Origin: Nymphaea colorata
Lineage: Eukaryota
Assembly: GCF_008831285.2 (NCBI RefSeq)
Contig: NC_045138.2
Location: 1,798,001-1,862,000 of the forward strand
Direction: 5' to 3'
DNA length: 64,000 nt
Shown piece after piece: positions 57,477 through 64,000 of the stretch. How positions within the stretch are numbered: position 1 is the stretch's first letter; the number at the start of each line of letters is the position of its first letter. Both the position numbers and the translations under genes were made by a program. The notes beneath the pieces were generated by a model. That model was not told the DNA's origin. It was given only the letters and a program-made list of their open reading frames with translations, and ran no database searches.

Positions 57477-60400
57477 AGTGGTTTTGTTTTTTTTGTCCGA
57501 CCTTAATTTACTTGGGGGGCTGTGTTTGATGAGGTCAGAATTGTGAAGTTTTAGAATTTTTTTTATTTTTTATGAAATGGGAATTATGTTATCAAACAAA
57601 AAAAAGTTTGATTTCATAATTATAGGCTCATTTTTTAATCAAAATTTCCGAATTGTGATTCTACCCTAAAGATGAAATGATGATTAAGAAATCTTAAGTG
57701 CACATGTCATGATGATTTTAATTCATCAATTCTAAAATTTTAATTTATGTTTTATCAAACACATCATTTTCAATTCAAAATTTCAAACTATCAAACACCA
57801 AACATTAAAATTTCAAACACAAATCATTAACATTTCAAGCAAGCTTTATGGTTTAAAATTTTTGTGGCATAGGCCCTACCTTCTTTATATATAAATTTGA
57901 AGTTGATTAGTCTTATTAAATATATTAATTGTACATAACCTTGAAATAACACAAAACAACTTTTTTTTTTTTAGGTTTTACATAAATCTGTTTAATATCA
58001 CATGAGTTTTTCCCATGGCCTTGTCCCTAACATTATTATTTTGAAGGTAAATTCATATCTTATAATCATTTTTGTCATTTTAATGGTAACTGAAAATTTG
58101 ATGTATTCATACATCCAACATGATAAGGTCATGTCATCCAAATAAAAAATCTATTGCTCGTTTAATTCTTGTCTGCACGAGATTTGGGAGGAAAACAATT
58201 TGATTGACAGATTGGAGCTTAGACTGCTTTCTTGGGGAAGAATGAAAATGTCAAGACCACACATGGTAACTAGCAATATGGAAAACTAAAGAAAATTCAG
58301 AGTAAAAAATGGTGAATATGAAATCCCATGTTTCCCCAGCAGTACCCTCGTCTTCTCCTTCGGCCCCGCCCCCCGTTTCCTCTTCCTGCTCTCCGCAGTC
58401 ACACTCTACCTCCGGCCGCCGGACCGGCCAACCGTCGGCTTCCTTCAGTGCACGTTCCCTATCTCTCTCCGTCTCTCTTGGCGTGCTGATTCAGGTTCTC
58501 TTTTCCTTCAAAAATTATGTCTGTTTTTCCATGATTCTATGGTCTCTCTTGTTACTGCTACTCTTTTCATACTTTTGGGGCGTTTCTTCCAGAAATAAGG
58601 TCATGAATTGGATTCTGGAGTCGATAAAGTCCAAGCAGTTCAATCATAATCCCTTTTAAACATTTAAACACAATCTGCTGATGGGATTTCACATTGACTT
58701 CATGCTGAAATGGCTATGCCATCCCCATTTTCTTGGCGATGGGTAATGGAATCAGTCATTTATAACTATGTTTCAACACTTCTACACAAGCACGTATTGT
58801 TGGTCTGCCATTCTTTTTTGAGGCCGTGCATGTCCAAAACAGAAAACAGCGTAAGGCCTTTCTTCAATTCCTTTCCGAGGTTGTGCATGCATCAGTGCCT
58901 CTGATATGCCAAGGAAGTACAGAAAGTCATGGAAAACTAAACAAGGGATTGATTAAATTTGAAAACTTATAGGCTACCCAAGAAAAACTGCAAAATTTGA
59001 GCTCATGAATTTATGACAGAAGATCTTTAGCTGTTCATGTCTGTTAGAAAACAATCAAAGTTTGACAGATTAGATTGATATGGTTGAATTCCCAACAAGT
59101 GGCCCTTACTGCATCTCTCTAATTTCTTCTGCCATGTGAAGCAGCATTACTGTAGCCCGTAGCTTGGTATCTGGTCCACCTTGTCTTCACTCAGATGTTT
59201 CGGAGCAGCAGGAAGGAGGAAACACATCAAGAATCATTGCTGTCCTCAATTTCATTATTGGACTGAGGTATCTAAATGAAGCAGGAAACCGTTTAGCCAA
59301 TCCATGAAATCATTTTGAGCAAAGCAACAAGAAGATGGCTGCCCCCCACACATTTTTATCTGAGAAGAATCTCAACCGGGTCTAGTAGCGCCACTGGACC
59401 TGGTCGTGGTCGGTGCCCTTGCTTCTGAGTCAGAGCCGGCCCGGCGCCCTTTCACTAATCGGAAAACCCCGCCTTCGGCGGTTCCCTCCCCCGACGATTT
59501 CTGCTTCCTTTGTCTTTCATATTCTTAGAACGTCGGCTTCCTCTGTGCCGGAGAGGGAGAGTTCACCACTGTGCCGGACGGCCAGAAAGTCGCGCCGTCC
59601 ACCTGCCGCGTTAGTCTCCCCTTTCCTCTTCTTCCATTTCCATATTCGTGTTTTGCACGTTGCCCATTCCGTGTTCCCCGTACTCCGTGCCAATGGTCGC
59701 CAATAATAGGAAAATCGCAGCTCTTTCTTCTTCTTCTTCTTCTTCTTCTTCTTTAGTTTCGGGCATTCTGATTTGCCCATTTTGATTGCAAATTTGAGCG
59801 TTTTGATCTGCTAGTTTTGCTTGCATTTGCAACCATTCTTCGGTCATGTGAAGCCTGTTGTTAAGTGTGTGCCACTAAGCGCACCACCACGAAAAACGCT
59901 TCGTTGCGGTACATTGAAGAGCATCAGCGTGGTGCCGCACAAGGCGCCTGAAGCGCACGCTTCCGGCACTTAAGTTTCTTTTTTAAGACCAACATAGATG
60001 ATGTGTTTGCTTAAAGAATTGTAACGTTTTTCTTTCGCTACACAGGTTCCCGTAAGAAAAAAGGAGGGATTTTCGCTTTTCAGTCGAAAGCCCCTTTGCA
60101 AAGTTGCAAACCGTAAAACCCTTGCCTGTTCCTCCGTTTACTCTCCGGTTGACAACGTTGCTGAACGCTGAGCAGTCTCCAGACGAAGACCCAGCTACCG
60201 GCAGCCGTCGATGCTGTAAAACCGGCCGGATACCGGTTGCAAGGGTCAGTGTTCTGGTTCTTTTGAAGTTTAATCTCTCTCTCTCTCTCTCTCCCCCACC
60301 AATACCAGGCTGGGTGATCTCTCACCGGCAGTCCATCCCTTTTCTCTTACACCGTCTTGCTCAACATTGGAGACAAACCATCTTTTTTTTGTCATTGCTC

Positions 60401-61742
60401 AAGGTTGGAGGTAAACCATCTTCTTTTGTCATTACTCAAGGTTAGGGAGATTTGCAGAAAATATACCTCTTTTTTGGCGAGTTCCTGTGAGTTCTTTTCT
60501 TATACTATTTTAAATTTCTTCCAAGTTGTAGTCTCGTAGATTTGGGAGATTGCAGAAAAATATTCTGGATTTGTTTGTGTGAATGCTTATATATTGTTAT
60601 GTAATACGGTTCCCATCGTCACGATTCATCTTCACTACTTAACAATGTTGATTGTTAAATACAGATAATTCTGCATATTGTTAAAAACTAAAGCTCTGAT
60701 CCTACGGCGCGTTGTGCTATATCAGACAAAATTTCTGGATTATCCTGCCTCTTCCTCATATATAGTTGCCATATTATTTCTCATACATCACACTCACAAA
60801 CTGGTTGTTAATTTGAGAGGCCAGTATATGTATTAAAATAGCTCGATAAATACCGACCACATTTCTCCATTCTTTCGTACTAGGACAATAGATTAGTGTA
60901 GTCAGATTTACTGAAAGCATTATGAATTTATCATCAGCAATTTTAATTGATGCTTATTCAGCTAGAATGTTCTATGAATGCAAATAAAAATTGGTTATAA
61001 AATGCAAGAAATGGCTGAAAACATACAAAAAGTACCTACATCATAAATTTTTATGAGGAATTATATATATATAGGTTCTGCATCAATAAACCGGGAGAGG
61101 TATATGTCATACCCTAGCTTGCCCAGTGGAAGAAAAAGACAAAATTTGGACGGCTTTTCAAGGCTCTAGTAAAACCAGTTCCTGAATGTCTAGAATTTGT
61201 TTTCTAGAGACATAACAAAGTTATATTATGTGTAACTTTTACGAGATATTGAAATCAGCAGTTCAAAGACCACATCATCAATGATGTGTCATTTGACATA
61301 AGATCCTTTGACTAATTGAGGGATTGCAAAATTAATGGCTCCAAAATTCTCTCATAAGGTATCATATTCTCTATCTCTCTAGATCTTATATTCTTTGTGT
61401 GCAGTGGGGAAAGCTAACTTGTCCAATAAAACCAATTTAGGTTGAATGATTTACCTTTCTGGAGAAAGCCTGCAGCTATGCTTAATCATTTAGGCATTGA
61501 TGTCATTTAGACAATGCCTTTTTTTTTAGCAATAAATAAGTTACCTGGTAAAGCTACTGTGGTTGGTGGTGTTCATTATTATACAGATTTTAGAAGCTGA
61601 TTCTTAGATGAAGTATAAAATGATGCCTACTTGGTGAAAAATGACATGAAATTACAGTATACAGGTGCAGAGCTGGCTTGCTACGCACTTATGCTGCATG
61701 TGCACAGAAAAAATCACTTTGAGTGTTGAGTTTGTGTGTGTG

Positions 61743-61811
<69 letters not shown>

Positions 61812-63873
61812 GGATTTATATCAACCTATTAGTATTAGCACTATATGTCACATTAAGCTTCGAATTTAACATTATTTTTATGGATGTTATATGCTTCATG
61901 ATATTGGTCCTGATATTTACACTTTGCCTTGGGTCACTCTGCCTCGCATCACAGGCTTAGTGCTTCACTTTGCTTCATTGCATTTAAAAACATTGCTGTT
62001 GAAGTTAGAAAAGCTGTGGGTAATCTTCATAACTTTCATTTTGTTCACGTTACTCTTGTTATTTGGGGTCTCAAATTTGAATTGTATAATCAAATAAGTG
62101 AATAAAACATTCCAAAACTGTAGTGATAAAATCATATTGTGACGAATTCCTTTAGAACATAAAACAATGATGATATGATTAATTCTAATGTGGGAAGGAT
62201 GTGATGAAAAGAAGGCTGACATTATTCATATGTTGAGATGTTTTTATTAGCGTTGAAAACTCTCTGCAGAACTACTAATTGCTTAATGTTCTACTGATGA
62301 GTTTTAAATAACTGCTTTTCCTTTCTTCTTTGACCTTGTCTTTTCTTTCTCCAGCCTGTAAGTTGAGAAATTTTCTTATAGTTAAGCAAGAAAATAGAGA
62401 TAGTTAAGTTTGGGATGGTGGTAAAATATGTGATGAGTAGCTTTTCATTGTTATTTGATTAGTGAGAACGCTTGAAATTTGGGATTTGGTTCGAGAGATG
62501 TTTGGGGATTTTCATATATTAATCACATGGAGGTTTTTTTTTTTTGCATGTTTATCATGAAAAGTTATCTTTGCATGTTTTGATAGAATCTATTTGTTTA
62601 GGGCAGGAGATAATTGAGATTGGTCAAAGGCCAACGATTTATTAATGTGCTTATCATTAAAAGTTACATTTTTCACATGTTTTGATGAATTGAGACAGGT
62701 TAAAAGCCTGCAATCTGCTAACGTGTTTATTATGATAAATTATGCTTTACTTGCTTTGATAAAAAATATTTGTCTAGGACAGGAGATAACTGAGATAGGT
62801 CAAAAGCCTGCAATTTGTTATTTTCTGCATATGACATATCTATATTCCAATTATTGTTGGCTTTTTATCCCAGTTTTAAAAGTGTAAATATGTGTATTTT
62901 AATTTGCAATTTTTTTTTGGTTTATGATGTATTAGTGCCTCTTAGCAAAATATTTTCAGCTCCACCACATCACACACACATACACTCACACAAAATGAAA
63001 ATCTAGGATACCCTGTCTTCACTATTAAAGCGCAGGAAATGCAGCTTGGATAACTTACCACCTTGGACACAATCAGTTGGATTGATTATCCTTGGACGGG
63101 TTATCCAAGTATGCAAAGACCTCTTCGTTTCGGATTTTCTTTATGCATCACCTTTGACTAGACTGCTTGTATCAGCATCTCAAGTCAAGTGAAATATCCA
63201 AAGAGCTTGCTTGTGAATGTGTCATCCCAGAGTTTAATGTTATCTATCAGAAATTATATAACTTGAAATAGTCTCCATTTAGAATTATCAAGGGAATGGT
63301 GATCATACAGGTTTATGGTTGGTACACTTTCAGATGTCAACCAAAATAGGACATGAGGTTTTGGCATTTTGGGTTTCATATCCAAGGAGTATATGGAAGA
63401 TTGACATTCATCAGAGTAAGTACTTGGGTGATCTAGGTGAATTGTCAGAGTAAGTACTTAGGTGAGCTAGGTGAATTAGGGTTAGTTTTTTCAAGTTACC
63501 TAATTTGGAAAATATAAAAAGTCATGTTTGTTATACGAAAAAAGGTGGGCTGCATCCCTAAATGAGTTTGTGGCTGTGCTTTAGAGCTAAGATTTCACTT
63601 GAAGGAATTGTCTTGTTCATCTCTTCCTTTTCTTCTCTCTTTCTCATATACCTTTGGGGAAAGCACTATTAAAGTATCTTTAATGGTTCAGGACAAAAGT
63701 CACAGTTCTTTTCAATACCTTCATCTCTATATGCCTTCTAGTTCTATTCCTATTTTAAGTAAAATTTTATTTAATATTAATTCAATATGTCCACTGCCGG
63801 CTAATTCTCTGTCTGTTTGCAGGATGGATCATCTGCCTCAAATTCCTAAAATTAACATCATTTTCCTCATTGC

Positions 63874-63914
<41 letters not shown>

Positions 63915-63917
<3 letters not shown>

Positions 63918-64000
63918 GAAGCGAAGGCCCTATGTGGAACCTTCTCACCATTGACAAGGCCACCATCTAGAACCCAACCATCCATTCTGTTCAAGATAGA
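63915..64000 (+). CDS. Possible start of a CDS running off the window (MEAKALCGTFSPLTRPPSRTQPSILFKI...)
   Basis: ATG directly after a (GA)n tract, open to the window end, Ser/Thr/Pro-rich. Too short to identify. Confidence 0.35.

Overview
AT-rich flowering-plant nuclear DNA with spliceosomal introns, MITEs and microsatellites. (1) 1-21 kb is a rearranged, transposon-rich tandem array of flavanone 3-hydroxylase (F3H)-like 2-oxoglutarate/Fe(II) dioxygenases. One intact copy (8807-10832) carries substitutions resembling those of Apiaceae flavone synthase I. A second intact-frame copy (18068-19536) has its iron-binding HxD motif changed to QxD. There are also two decayed copies, duplicated promoter blocks and a plant-mobile-domain relic. 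(2) A tail-to-tail pair of paralogous small secreted 4-Cys prolamin-like proteins, one with a (Ser-Pro)n tail. (3) MICOS subunit MIC10. (4) Two identical tRNA-Ser(CGA) genes forming a ~300 bp-arm inverted repeat. (5) A CIP111/AFG2-SPATA5-type AAA+ ATPase with telo-boxes upstream, convergent with a mitochondrion-targeted Zn-dependent alcohol dehydrogenase-like gene. (6) A long, apparently non-coding leader and a possible CDS start at the right edge. Exon structures were derived by hand from GT-AG sites and frame continuity; no database searches were run. I found nothing that is clearly a new biological system; the diverging F3H-like array is the best lead.
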